A stretch of DNA of 64,000 nt, taken from assembly GCA_965661915.1 (NCBI GenBank), contig CBFIFR010000001.1, forward strand, positions 23,797-87,796, given 5' to 3'. Below are positions 48,962 through 58,903 of this stretch, piece after piece (positions within the stretch are counted from its first letter, which is position 1; the number at the start of each line of letters is the position of its first letter). Position numbers and translations under genes: made by a program. A model generated the notes under the pieces. It saw only the letters and a list, made by a program, of their open reading frames with translations. It was not told the DNA's origin and searched no databases. The DNA is from Polaribacter sp. GTDB taxonomy: Bacteria > Bacteroidota > Bacteroidia > Flavobacteriales > Flavobacteriaceae.

Positions 48962-49468
48962 ATGAAAGAAATTAGAGGAATAAAAAAAGCGATTAAATTA
49001 TTTTGCACGTTATTGTTTGTTGGTTTAGGTTTACTTTACCCTATAAAAGGTTTATTCGCTTTTATGGAAGGTGATTTATCTTACTTAGGGATTGTAAATT
49101 ACAGATCATATACTTCTTTTTGGGTTTGGAGTATTTTCTTCATAAAATATTTATATACTATTATTTCTCTTAGAGGAGTTTTTTATTTAGTAAAAACCCT
49201 CAATGTAAACGAGATAAAAGATATTTTTAGCACTATTAATGTTAAGTTATTTCGCAAATCAGGAAAATTTTTTCATTACGCTGCGTTTGTTGGTAGTCTT
49301 ACTATTTGGGTAGATGTTATAAATGGTAAATTTGCTAGTCTTAAATTAAGTAACGATTTTATAAATATGTTATATTTTCTATTAATTATTGGCTTTTTCT
49401 TAATTGCTTTTAGCAAAGTTTTAGAATTTGCTAATGACATTCAACAAGAAAATGATTTAACCATATAA
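48962..49468 (+). CDS. DUF2975 family membrane protein 3
   Basis: 4 TM, C-terminus QQENDLTI. Confidence 0.85.
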   Translation: MKEIRGIKKAIKLFCTLLFVGLGLLYPIKGLFAFMEGDLSYLGIVNYRSYTSFWVWSIFFIKYLYTIISLRGVFYLVKTLNVNEIKDIFSTINVKLFRKSGKFFHYAAFVGSLTIWVDVINGKFASLKLSNDFINMLYFLLIIGFFLIAFSKVLEFANDIQQENDLTI

Positions 49469-49469
49469 T

Positions 49470-49685
49470 ATGGCAATTATCGTAAATCTTGATGTAATGC
49501 TTGCCAAACGCAAAATGCGAAGTAAAGAACTGGCAGAAATAATTGGCATTACCACTGCAAATTTATCCATCTTAAAATCAGGTAAAGCAAAAGCGGTTCG
49601 TTTTTCTACTTTAGAAGCGATTTGTGAAGCATTAGATTGTCAGCCAGCAGATATTTTGGAATATCAAAAGGAGTCATCATCATAA
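49470..49685 (+). CDS. XRE/Cro-type HTH regulator (YozG-like)
   Basis: MAIIVNLDVMLAKRKM...GITTANLSILKSGKAKAVRFSTL..IC.ALDCQP.D. Confidence 0.92.
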   Translation: MAIIVNLDVMLAKRKMRSKELAEIIGITTANLSILKSGKAKAVRFSTLEAICEALDCQPADILEYQKESSS

Positions 49686-49736
49686 ACATGAATATGAAAT
49701 TCGGTATTTTTTATTCGTAGAATACGTTAAAAACCA

Positions 49737-49769
49737 AAAAAGAGATTGGAAATATTACCAATCTCTTTT
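49737..49769. terminator. Bidirectional terminator
   Basis: AAAAAGAGATTGG-aaatatta-CCAATCTCTTTT. Confidence 0.8.
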
Positions 49770-49880
49770 ACAACTTTATACAGTTTTTTTGATTCAAATC
49801 ACTATCTAAACTGTGTTTTTAATTTATAAATTACACATAAAAATTTAGTCATTTCAAAACCATGTAATTTCATTACATCT

Positions 49881-52800
49881 CTACTTGATATCTTGTAACA
49901 AAACCTCAACTGCTTTTTCTAATTGATCATCTTCACCTCTAGCATCCCAACCTGGAGCATTTTTTACTAAATAATCTGGTACAGCTGGAGCTTCATTTTC
50001 CATGTTTTTTCCTGATTTCGCTACATACCAAGCTCTAAAAGGCATTCTAACATAACCATTCATTAAGCCATATCCTCCTGTAGAAATTACGGCTCCAAAA
50101 GTAGGTTGACCTACTAATTTACCCAACCCTAAGTTTTTATAGGCATGTGAAAATATTTCTGCATTTGAGTAACTATTTTCATTACATAAAGCTACAGTAG
50201 GTTTTGTATTTACAGACAATATTGCACGTTCGTTGAATGGATAGTGCTTAGAGAATTTTTTATTCTCTTTCTCTAAGTTCTTAGCAGCGCCTCTTGGCAC
50301 TGTATAGGCATGTTGATATACGTTTAAAACCGCCATTAAACGATCTGTGGTCCAACCACCACCATTATATCTCACATCAATAACAATACCTTCTTTACCA
50401 TAACCACTTGCTTTTAATTCACGTTCAAAACGCTCAAAACTTGGTGCGTTCATCCCTTGAATATGAATGTATCCTAATTTACCTTTAGAAAATTTATTTA
50501 CTAATTTTTTTCTAGATTCTACCCAAGCTTGGTATTGTAAAGAACGTAAACTTCCTGATGTTCTTGCAACAACCTCATTTCCACCAGAGAGTGTTAACAA
50601 AACTTCATCACCTCTTGTATTTTTTAATAAATTGTAAAAGTTTGTATTTTCATCAACTTTGGTTTGATTGACTTTAGTGATTACATCTCCTTTTTGAATA
50701 CCCACTTTAGATTTGTCTGCAACCGAATTCTCTAAAACATAAACTACTTCAGCACCTTTTGAAGTGTTTTTTACTTCTAAACCTAAAAGCCCAATATTAT
50801 CACTATTAGTTTCCTCTGGGGTACTTCCTCTATACCCCATATGACTGGCATTTAGTTGTCCTAATAATTGATTAAACACAAAAGCATAATCTTGAGCAGT
50901 ACTTGCCTTTAATGCCAGTGGTTTGTATTTTTTTACTAAATTCTTCCAATCATAACCGTGAAAATTTGGGTCATAAAAGCCCATCGTTAACACTCTTGTT
51001 CCTTCCTCAAAAACTTGTGCATTCATTGCCATAAAATCTGATGTATATTTTGCTGAGTGAGGAAAAGAAGTTACTCTATCTGTTTTTGGATTTAACTCAT
51101 TTAACCTTCCTCTTGAAGTAAAATAAAATTTTCCATTTACTTCCGAAAAGCCTCCAATTCTTGAAGTTCCTTTTATTTCTTTCGGACTTCCTCCATCTAT
51201 TTTTACTTTATAAAAACTTCTACTATTTGTTGCGGGGTTTGTTGCAGAATAATAAATAAATTTGTTATCAGGGCTAAACATACCTCCAAATTCATCATCA
51301 GGTAAACTCGTAATTCTTACCAAACGATTATAAATTTTATCTTTATCAATAGTAACCTTTACCGTTTTTTTCTTTTTTGATTTTTTTACGGGTTTTGGCT
51401 GGTAATAATCTCCATCTTGACGATCTGTTCTTGTTCTTTCCCAGTCTTCTTTTTGCAACCAAACCATCCAAATATCATAATCTATCCCTCCTCTATTCCC
51501 ACTTCTGTTTGATGCAAAAGAAAGCATTTTACCATCCGAACTCCAAGAAGGAGATCGATCACTTCTAGGGTGCATAGAAACATTAAATTTCTCTTTAGGA
51601 TTATCTACAGATTGAATAAAAATTTCACTATCAAAATCTAAATCTTGTTGAGAGTATGCCAAGTATTTGCTATCCGGACTCCAACTCACACCAGAAGGAG
51701 CTGCCCAACCCTCAGAAAATGGAACAATATTGGTGATTTTTCCGTTTTTATAATCAGCAACCATTAAATTTCCACGACCAACTTGATAAGATACTTTTTT
51801 ATGATCTGGAGATACCAATAGATTATAAACATCTTCTTTACTCTTTGTTAATTTCTTAGTTTTAATTTTTAAACTTCTTTCTAACCCCACTAAAGTATCT
51901 GTTGAGCTTGATACATAAATTTCATTATGACCCTCTCTATCAGAAATAAACAATACTTCTTTATCATTTATAAACTGTGGATTTCGATCTCGAAAAGGAT
52001 GATTACTAACGTTATTGGTATACTTTTTATCTTTGTTATTTTCTTTTACAAAGATTTCACCTTCAATTTCCATAGCCGCTAATTTACCATTTGGTGAAAC
52101 ATCAAAAGTTGATATACCACTTGTTGTAGTTGCTGTTTTTTCTAGCTCAAAACGATAATCTGATGCAACATTTATACTTAGTTTTTTTGCTCTTCCGTTT
52201 TTTAACAGATACACATCAAATAATGTTGAATAAACAATAGTTCCGTTATCACTTACAGAAAAAGAAACTATTCCGTTTTTTGTTTGATTGGTTAACTTTT
52301 TTGGTACTCCATTTTTAGTTCCATTATCAGAAATAGCTTGTTGATAAATATTATATCTTCCACTTTCAGCACCAATATAATAGAGGTTTCCTTGTGCATC
52401 CCAAAGTGGAGAATGATCGTTTTTTTGAGTATCTGTAATTTGAATGTATTGGCTCGTTTTTTTATTGAAAACCCAAATATCTCTTTGTGCAGAACCTGTA
52501 TAATCTTCTCTAGAAATTCTACAAGCGCCTTTAGCGTAGGCTATAAAATTACCATTTGGAGACTGAGTAGCCATTGAACCCAAAGCAGTAATTGTTCTTT
52601 CAGGAGTTCCTCCTTCTGCATGAACATGATACGTTTGAGCATCCCATTGTGGCCCTTTCAACACTCTATTTGTGGTAAATAAAATAGTGTTTTCTTTGGT
52701 CCAATCGTAAGGTGTATCTGTTGTAGGGTAGTATGTCATTTGTTTTGGCAATCCACCTGACTTAGAAATGGTAAATATATTATTGGCCCCCTTTCTATTT

Positions 52801-53042
52801 GATGAAAATGCTAAGTGAGTACCCTCAGTGTTCCAAACAGGATTCGCCTCATAGGCTTCATGTACTGTAATTCTTTTCGATAAATTTGTATTTAAATTAT
52901 ACACCCAAATATCTCCTTGAAAAGAAAACGCCAATTCTTGCGCATCAGGACTCAAACTAGGTATTCTAATTAATGAGTTTTGCGCAAAAATAAAAGTGAA
53001 GTTACATAAAAGGAAACAAATAAAAATAGTTTTTTTTGTCAT
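49881..53042 (-). CDS. Tricorn-like S41 peptidase (beta-propellers, PDZ, catalytic domain)
   Basis: PD40-like repeats, LNASH, GYIHIQGM, IDVRYNGGG, SYSNAEIF and GQPTFGAVI. Confidence 0.9.
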   Translation of the reverse strand: MTKKTIFICFLLCNFTFIFAQNSLIRIPSLSPDAQELAFSFQGDIWVYNLNTNLSKRITVHEAYEANPVWNTEGTHLAFSSNRKGANNIFTISKSGGLPKQMTYYPTTDTPYDWTKENTILFTTNRVLKGPQWDAQTYHVHAEGGTPERTITALGSMATQSPNGNFIAYAKGACRISREDYTGSAQRDIWVFNKKTSQYIQITDTQKNDHSPLWDAQGNLYYIGAESGRYNIYQQAISDNGTKNGVPKKLTNQTKNGIVSFSVSDNGTIVYSTLFDVYLLKNGRAKKLSINVASDYRFELEKTATTTSGISTFDVSPNGKLAAMEIEGEIFVKENNKDKKYTNNVSNHPFRDRNPQFINDKEVLFISDREGHNEIYVSSSTDTLVGLERSLKIKTKKLTKSKEDVYNLLVSPDHKKVSYQVGRGNLMVADYKNGKITNIVPFSEGWAAPSGVSWSPDSKYLAYSQQDLDFDSEIFIQSVDNPKEKFNVSMHPRSDRSPSWSSDGKMLSFASNRSGNRGGIDYDIWMVWLQKEDWERTRTDRQDGDYYQPKPVKKSKKKKTVKVTIDKDKIYNRLVRITSLPDDEFGGMFSPDNKFIYYSATNPATNSRSFYKVKIDGGSPKEIKGTSRIGGFSEVNGKFYFTSRGRLNELNPKTDRVTSFPHSAKYTSDFMAMNAQVFEEGTRVLTMGFYDPNFHGYDWKNLVKKYKPLALKASTAQDYAFVFNQLLGQLNASHMGYRGSTPEETNSDNIGLLGLEVKNTSKGAEVVYVLENSVADKSKVGIQKGDVITKVNQTKVDENTNFYNLLKNTRGDEVLLTLSGGNEVVARTSGSLRSLQYQAWVESRKKLVNKFSKGKLGYIHIQGMNAPSFERFERELKASGYGKEGIVIDVRYNGGGWTTDRLMAVLNVYQHAYTVPRGAAKNLEKENKKFSKHYPFNERAILSVNTKPTVALCNENSYSNAEIFSHAYKNLGLGKLVGQPTFGAVISTGGYGLMNGYVRMPFRAWYVAKSGKNMENEAPAVPDYLVKNAPGWDARGEDDQLEKAVEVLLQDIK

Positions 53043-53130
53043 CTTGGTTAGTTTTTAGACAACTAATGTAAACTATAATAATTTGCTACTTAGCCAATTG
53101 ATTTAGCTTTAAGAATACTTTAAGGTTTTC

Positions 53131-53898
53131 TTAACTTATAATCGGTTGTATAAATTCGTCAATTTTATCAATTCCATTAGCACCTAAATTTTTGATAAAC
53201 GCAGAACCTATAATTGCTCCATTTGCATAATTGCATGCCGTAGTAAAAGTAGCTTTATCAGAAATGCCAAAACCAACGATTAATTTACTTTGTAAATTCA
53301 TGGCTTTTATTCTTTCAAAATAAGCAATCTGTTGATTAGAAATTTCACCTTTTGCTCCCGTAATTGAAGCTGAAGCTACCACATAAATAAATGCTTTTGT
53401 ATAGCTATCAATCTTTTGAATTCTTTCTTCTGAAGTGTGAGGTGTAATTAAAAATACATTTGTTATTCCATATTTATCAAACAATTTTTGATAATGATTT
53501 TCAAACTCAACCATTGGCAAATCAGGAATAATTACAGTGTCTATTCCACAGTCTACTATTTTTTGACAAAATTTATCTTCGCCATATTTTAACATCTGAT
53601 TTAAATATCCCATTAAAACCAAAGGGGTTTTATTCGAAGATTTAATGGATAATAATTGCTCAAATACGATGTCTAAATTGATGCCATTTTCTAACGCTTT
53701 TTGACTGCTATCTTGTATGGTTGGTCCGTCTGCTAAAGGATCAGAATATGGCAAGCCAACTTCTATAAAATCGACCTCACTTTTTTCTAATTGTTGAATT
53801 ACTTTTTTGGTATCGTTAAGTTCAGGATATCCACAAGTAAAATATATAGATAATAAATTCTTGTCTTTTTGCTGAAATAATTGCTGAATTGAATTCAT
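53131..53898 (-). CDS. trpA: Tryptophan synthase alpha subunit
   Basis: EVGLPYSDPLADGPTIQ, VGFGIS and IIGSAF. Confidence 0.97.
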   Translation of the reverse strand: MNSIQQLFQQKDKNLLSIYFTCGYPELNDTKKVIQQLEKSEVDFIEVGLPYSDPLADGPTIQDSSQKALENGINLDIVFEQLLSIKSSNKTPLVLMGYLNQMLKYGEDKFCQKIVDCGIDTVIIPDLPMVEFENHYQKLFDKYGITNVFLITPHTSEERIQKIDSYTKAFIYVVASASITGAKGEISNQQIAYFERIKAMNLQSKLIVGFGISDKATFTTACNYANGAIIGSAFIKNLGANGIDKIDEFIQPIIS

Positions 53899-53914
53899 TT
53901 TTTTTGTTTAATTC

Positions 53915-53982
53915 TGTCATTGCGAGGAACGAAGCAATCTCACTATTAATTATCAGATGCCTTCACTTTGTTCGGAATGACG
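53915..53982. repeat. GTC-type REP doublet between trpB and trpA
   Basis: TGTCATTGCGAGGAACGAAGCAATCTC ... AGATGCCTTCACTTTGTTCGGAATGACG; relatives at 23137-23162 and 55185-55253. Confidence 0.65.
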
Positions 53983-53984
53983 TT

Positions 53985-55169
53985 CTATTCTTTTAAATGC
54001 TTGATAAATGTCTCTAAATCTTTATCTCCCCTTCCTGATAAATTAATGATGACTACTTGATCTTTTTTCAAATCCATTTTCGGTAAAACAGCCAAAGCAT
54101 GTGCTGTTTCTAGAGCAGGTATAATTCCTTCTAACTTAGATAATTCATAACCTGCATCTAGTGCTTCTTGATCTGTAGCATTTAAAAAAGTGGCTCTTTT
54201 ACTTTCGTATAAATAAGCGTGTAAAGGACCTACTCCAGGATAATCTAAACCAGCAGAAATTGAATAAGGCTCTACAATTTGTCCATAATCATCTTGCATT
54301 AAAATCGTTTTAGAACCATGAATAATTCCCACTTCACCTAATTGAGAAGTTGCTGCACTTTCTCCCGAATTTACGCCTAAACCAGCTGCTTCAACAGCAA
54401 CTAATTCTACTTCTTCCTCTTCCATGTAATGATAAAAAGCTCCTGCAGCATTGCTACCTCCTCCCACACAAGCAATAATAGTATCAGGATTTTCCTTTCC
54501 TGTTTTCTCTTTTAATTGCCATTTCATTTCTTCAGAAATAATAGCTTGTAGTCTTGCAACCATATCTGGATGTGGATGTGGACCTACTACAGAACCAATT
54601 AAGTAAAAGGTATCAGGATTCTGAATCCAATAACGAATGGCTTCATTTGTAGCATCTTTTAAAGTCTTTGAACCAGAGGTTGCAGGAACTACTTTTGCCC
54701 CTAACATTTTCATTCTGGCCACATTTGGTGCTTGACGAACAATATCTTTTTCGCCCATAAACACAGTACAGTCTAAGCCCATTAATGCACAAACTGTTGC
54801 AGTAGCCACTCCATGCTGCCCTGCACCTGTTTCAGCGATGATTTTTGTCTTCCCTAATTTCTTTGCAATTAGAACTTGACCTACTGTATTGTTAACTTTG
54901 TGCGCACCTGTATGACATAAATCTTCACGTTTTAAATAAATGTGAGCTCCATATTTTTCTGATAAACGTTCTGCCAAATATAAAGGCGTTGGACGCCCAA
55001 CATAATCTTTTAGAAGTGACTTATACTCTGTTTGAAACTCCTCAGATTCGATAATTTGAATATAATTATCTTCTAATTCTTTTACATTTGGATATAGCAA
55101 TTCAGGAATAAATGCGCCTCCAAATTGTCCAAAATATCCATCTTTATCTGGGTGAAATTTTGATTTCAT
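53985..55169 (-). CDS. trpB: Tryptophan synthase beta subunit
   Basis: [27 protein letters not shown] and NLSGRGDKD; ATG at 55169. Confidence 0.98.
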   Translation of the reverse strand: MKSKFHPDKDGYFGQFGGAFIPELLYPNVKELEDNYIQIIESEEFQTEYKSLLKDYVGRPTPLYLAERLSEKYGAHIYLKREDLCHTGAHKVNNTVGQVLIAKKLGKTKIIAETGAGQHGVATATVCALMGLDCTVFMGEKDIVRQAPNVARMKMLGAKVVPATSGSKTLKDATNEAIRYWIQNPDTFYLIGSVVGPHPHPDMVARLQAIISEEMKWQLKEKTGKENPDTIIACVGGGSNAAGAFYHYMEEEEVELVAVEAAGLGVNSGESAATSQLGEVGIIHGSKTILMQDDYGQIVEPYSISAGLDYPGVGPLHAYLYESKRATFLNATDQEALDAGYELSKLEGIIPALETAHALAVLPKMDLKKDQVVIINLSGRGDKDLETFIKHLKE

Positions 55170-55228
55170 ATTTTTATAATATTCTGTCATTTCGAGTTTA
55201 CAAAGCAATCTCTTTATACATAGATAGA

Positions 55229-55930
55229 TTACTTCACTACGTTCGTAATAACGTTATTTTTAAACTTTTTTAAATCTCCTACTTTTTTTCTTCCTGGTTC
55301 AGATTCAAATTTACTATTTACATCTAAGGAATAAATTGGTAAATTTGATTTTGCTACTATTTGGATTTGTTCTACATCCTCTAAACCTATTCCTCCACTC
55401 AGAAAAAATGGTTTCTTGAACGGATATTTCTCTAAAACTGTCCAGTCAAATTTTGTTCCATTCCCACCTCTTTCTTTTCCCTTTGTGTCAAACAAAAAGA
55501 AATCTACAACATCTAAATAAGGTTCTAAAACATCAAAATTAAATTCATCTTTAATTCCGAAAACTTTAATAATCTCTAAGTTCTGATAAGACTTTGGCTT
55601 TTTAACCTTTTTTCTACCTTTGTTTTGTTCGATAAAAGATGTTCTACTAAACTCTAACTGTTCTTTAATTGATTCGATGTAAGCCACAGACTCATCTCCA
55701 TGCAATTGAATAGCATCCAATTGATATTCTTCTATCATAGAAACTAAAATCTCTGGAATTTCATTCACAAAAACACCAGTTTTTTTAATTTCTTTAGGCA
55801 GCTCTGGAATGATTCCTTCAAAATTTCTTTTTGATTTTTCATAAAAAACAAAACCTAAATAATCAGGTTGTAATTCAGCAACTTGCTGAATATTTTCTGC
55901 GTATTTCATTCCACAAACCTTTAGCTTCAT
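55229..55930 (-). CDS. trpF: Phosphoribosylanthranilate isomerase
   Basis: KVCGM, QLHGDE, LFDT, LSGGI and DVNSKFE. Confidence 0.95.
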   Translation of the reverse strand: MKLKVCGMKYAENIQQVAELQPDYLGFVFYEKSKRNFEGIIPELPKEIKKTGVFVNEIPEILVSMIEEYQLDAIQLHGDESVAYIESIKEQLEFSRTSFIEQNKGRKKVKKPKSYQNLEIIKVFGIKDEFNFDVLEPYLDVVDFFLFDTKGKERGGNGTKFDWTVLEKYPFKKPFFLSGGIGLEDVEQIQIVAKSNLPIYSLDVNSKFESEPGRKKVGDLKKFKNNVITNVVK

Positions 55931-56037
55931 TATTTGTATGGTTTAATTGTTTATTTGTTTAATCGTGTAACTGTCTTCACTCAATTTCTATAAGTTATCT
56001 TTTACACAATTCAACAATTACACTTTTACACTCTTTT

Positions 56038-56826
56038 TTATCTAATTTGATTGATAAAATCTTGACAGGCTTCTCCTGGATTATCTGCTACCATAAAGTT
56101 TTCGCCTATTAAGAATCCTTGAAAACCAAACTCTTTTAAACCTGTTATAATTTTAGGATCAGAAATTCCGCTTTCCGAAACCTTAATGCAAGTATCAGGA
56201 ATTTGATTTGCTAATTTAATCGAATGCTCTAAATCGACCTCAAAAGTTTTTAAATTTCGGTTATTAATTCCGATAATCTTGTTATCTAAATCGTTAATCT
56301 TATCTAAATCTTCTTGCGTATGTACTTCATACAACACACTTAATCCTAAATCAGTTGCTAAATTACCATAGTTTTTCAACTCTGTTGATGTTAAACAAGA
56401 AGCAATTAATAAAATTACATCTGCACCAATAGCCTTTGCTTCTACAATTTGAAAACCATCCACTACAAAATCTTTTCTTAAAATCGGTTTTGTTTGATTG
56501 ATAACTCTGGCTTCCATTAAATCAGCCATGGTTCCTCCAAAAAAGGAAGTATCTGTTAAAATAGATTGTGCTGCTACATTAGCATCTAAATATCCATTAG
56601 TTACCTCAGCAATGGTTGCTTTGTCATTGATAATTCCTTTGGATGGAGATTGTCTTTTAAACTCAGCAATAATGCCTGTTGAACCCACTTCTAACAATGA
56701 TTTTTTTAAAGATAATGGAGTTCTTTGAAACTTTGGGCTTTCCACCAATTTCTTTACAGGAACATCCGCTTTAATTTTAGCAACTTCCTTCTTTTTAAAT
56801 GCGATTATTTTATCAAGTATATTCAT
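56038..56826 (-). CDS. trpC: Indole-3-glycerol phosphate synthase
   Basis: IIAEFKRQSPSKG, LRKDF, GINNRNL and SESGI. Confidence 0.97.
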   Translation of the reverse strand: MNILDKIIAFKKKEVAKIKADVPVKKLVESPKFQRTPLSLKKSLLEVGSTGIIAEFKRQSPSKGIINDKATIAEVTNGYLDANVAAQSILTDTSFFGGTMADLMEARVINQTKPILRKDFVVDGFQIVEAKAIGADVILLIASCLTSTELKNYGNLATDLGLSVLYEVHTQEDLDKINDLDNKIIGINNRNLKTFEVDLEHSIKLANQIPDTCIKVSESGISDPKIITGLKEFGFQGFLIGENFMVADNPGEACQDFINQIR

Positions 56827-56843
56827 TCAATTTTAAATAACAT

Positions 56844-56945
56844 CTCGATACAAATTTGTTCATTCTTCACAAATTCACTCGATGTGACAGCACGTTTGTC
56901 AGTTCGAGTGATTTTCGATTTTATGAGAAAATTGTATCGAGAACA
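56844..56945. repeat. Composite REP-like repeat pair
   Basis: TCTCGATACAAATTT...CACTCGATGTGACA followed by the inverted TGTCAGTTCGAGTG...AATTGTATCGAGA. Confidence 0.6.
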
Positions 56946-56948
56946 TTT

Positions 56949-57122
56949 TTACTTATTTTTAATTTTATTATTTCTATTTTTAAAGAAAAAGTAAACAATA
57001 ATTCCTAAAATCAAACCAATAATCATTTGCTTAAAAAGATCTTTAGTTTGGATTCCTATGGCTGTTCCTATCAATAAGAAAGCTGGAATAATAAGAATTA
57101 AATTGTTTTTCTTTTTTGTCAT
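56949..57122 (-). CDS. Small 2-TM hypothetical protein inside the trp operon
   Basis: MTKKKNNLILIIPAFLLIG...; flanked by REPs. Confidence 0.55.
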   Translation of the reverse strand: MTKKKNNLILIIPAFLLIGTAIGIQTKDLFKQMIIGLILGIIVYFFFKNRNNKIKNK

Positions 57123-57134
57123 TCTTTTATTTTC

Positions 57135-57167
57135 AGACCTCACAGGTTTTAAAAACCTGTGAGGTCT
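57135..57167. repeat. 33-bp REP palindrome
   Basis: Identical to 38775-38807. Confidence 0.85.
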
Positions 57168-57174
57168 TGTGTTG

Positions 57175-58167
57175 TTATAAACTCACTAACTTTTCTAATT
57201 TTTGTTTTGCTTTTCCTCCAAACAATGAGTCTTTGGCCTCCTCAAAAGCAGTTTCAAAAGACTTTTGATCATCAACAATCGTTAACGCAAAAGCAGCATT
57301 TGTTAATACCACATTATTTTGTGCTTCAGTTCCATTTCCGTCTAAAATTGACTTGAAAATTTTGGCTGCATCAGCAACATTATTCCCTCCAAATATTTCT
57401 GATTGTGCAATTCTTTTCTGCCCTAAATCTTCTGGATTTATAATTTGCTCTCCTTGTTTTGTAAAGATCTTAAATCCACTTGTCAAAGAAATTTCATCAT
57501 AACCATCTAATGCGTGGATAATTCCGTAATTGATATTTTCTTCTTCTTGTAAAATGTAATTGTACAATCGTGCAACTTCTAAATTAAAAGTCCCCAACAT
57601 ATGATTTTTAGGTGAACTCGGATTTACCAAAGGTCCTAACATATTAAAGAATGTTTTTAACTTCAATGCTTTTCTTGTTGGTCCAACAGCTTTCATTGCA
57701 GGATGAAATTTCGGCGCATGCAAAAAACAAATATTTGCTTTTTCTAAATGCGCTCTTAAAACATTCTCATAATTTGTAAATTGATATCCAAAACTGGCTA
57801 ACATATCTGAGGAACCAGATTGTGAAGACACAGAATAATTACCATGTTTTGCTACTTTTTGTCCTGTTCCTGCAACAATAAATGAAGTTAAGGTTGATAT
57901 GTTGAATGTATCTTTTCCATCACCTCCTGTTCCAACAATATCAATGGTATTGTAATCTGATAAATCTACTTTTATGGATAACTCTCTTAAAGCTTCTCTA
58001 AAGCCAGAAAGTTCATCAGCAGTAATTGGACGCATCATAAAAACAGTCATAAAAGATGCTAAATGTGCATCATTGTATTTTTCTGCAGCAATATCTTTTA
58101 AGATTTGTTTTGCTTCAGATTTTGATAACCTTTCGTGATTATATAATTTGTTTAATATCTGTTTCAT
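57175..58167 (-). CDS. trpD: Anthranilate phosphoribosyltransferase
   Basis: DIVGTGGDG..TFNIST, AKHGN and GPLVNP; ATG at 58167. Confidence 0.97.
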   Translation of the reverse strand: MKQILNKLYNHERLSKSEAKQILKDIAAEKYNDAHLASFMTVFMMRPITADELSGFREALRELSIKVDLSDYNTIDIVGTGGDGKDTFNISTLTSFIVAGTGQKVAKHGNYSVSSQSGSSDMLASFGYQFTNYENVLRAHLEKANICFLHAPKFHPAMKAVGPTRKALKLKTFFNMLGPLVNPSSPKNHMLGTFNLEVARLYNYILQEEENINYGIIHALDGYDEISLTSGFKIFTKQGEQIINPEDLGQKRIAQSEIFGGNNVADAAKIFKSILDGNGTEAQNNVVLTNAAFALTIVDDQKSFETAFEEAKDSLFGGKAKQKLEKLVSL

Positions 58168-58177
58168 TTTTTTATTT

Positions 58178-58257
58178 TCCTGCAAGGTTTCAAAAACCTT
58201 GTAGGTATTAAATTAAGTGTTGTTTTACACCTACAAGGTTTTTGAAACCTTGCAGGA
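58178..58257. repeat. REP doublet overlapping the trpG stop
   Basis: TCCTGCAAGGTTTCAAAAACCTTGTAGGT and its exact reverse complement at 58229-58257. Confidence 0.85.
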
Positions 58258-58821
58258 GTTTATAAAATTCCTAACCAATTGCTCACCAACATCAGTTAAA
58301 ATAGATTCTGGGTGAAATTGAACTGCAGAAATTGGAAAAACTTTATGTTCAATTGCTTGAATTAATCCGTCTTCGTCTCTTGCTGTTACTTTTAATTCAT
58401 TTGGAAAATCTATATCTGATGCTGCCCAAGAATGATAACGTGCTGCTAAAAATGTTTCTGGAACATCTTTAAAGATTATTGCATTTTTATCAGTTACTTT
58501 CATTTCTGTTGCAACTCCGTGAAAAACGTCATCTAAATTGATAATCGTACCTCCAAAAACTTCAGTAATTGCTTGTAAACCTAAGCAAACTCCAAAAATT
58601 GGTTTTATACCTGCATAGGTTTTAATTACCTCTTTTAAAATACCTGCTTCATCAGGAATCCCTGGTCCTGGAGACAACATTATTATATCATAATTTCCAA
58701 CATCTGTAATGCTAATTTCGTTATTTCTAAAAACTGCAGGAAAATTACCTGTAATTTTTTCTACCATATGAACTAAGTTATAGGTAAACGAATCGTAATT
58801 ATCTAAAATTAATATTTTCAT
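58231..58821 (-). CDS. trpG: Anthranilate synthase component II (glutamine amidotransferase)
   Basis: DNYDSFTYN, LSPGPG, GVCLG and QFHPES; ATG at 58821. Confidence 0.96.
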   Translation of the reverse strand: MKILILDNYDSFTYNLVHMVEKITGNFPAVFRNNEISITDVGNYDIIMLSPGPGIPDEAGILKEVIKTYAGIKPIFGVCLGLQAITEVFGGTIINLDDVFHGVATEMKVTDKNAIIFKDVPETFLAARYHSWAASDIDFPNELKVTARDEDGLIQAIEHKVFPISAVQFHPESILTDVGEQLVRNFINSCKVSKTL

Positions 58822-58903
58822 AATTATAGTTTTTAAAGTTTGAATGTTTATAAAGTTCAAAAGTTTACAACTTTATAAACTTTATACTTTTCAACTTTTA
58901 CAC

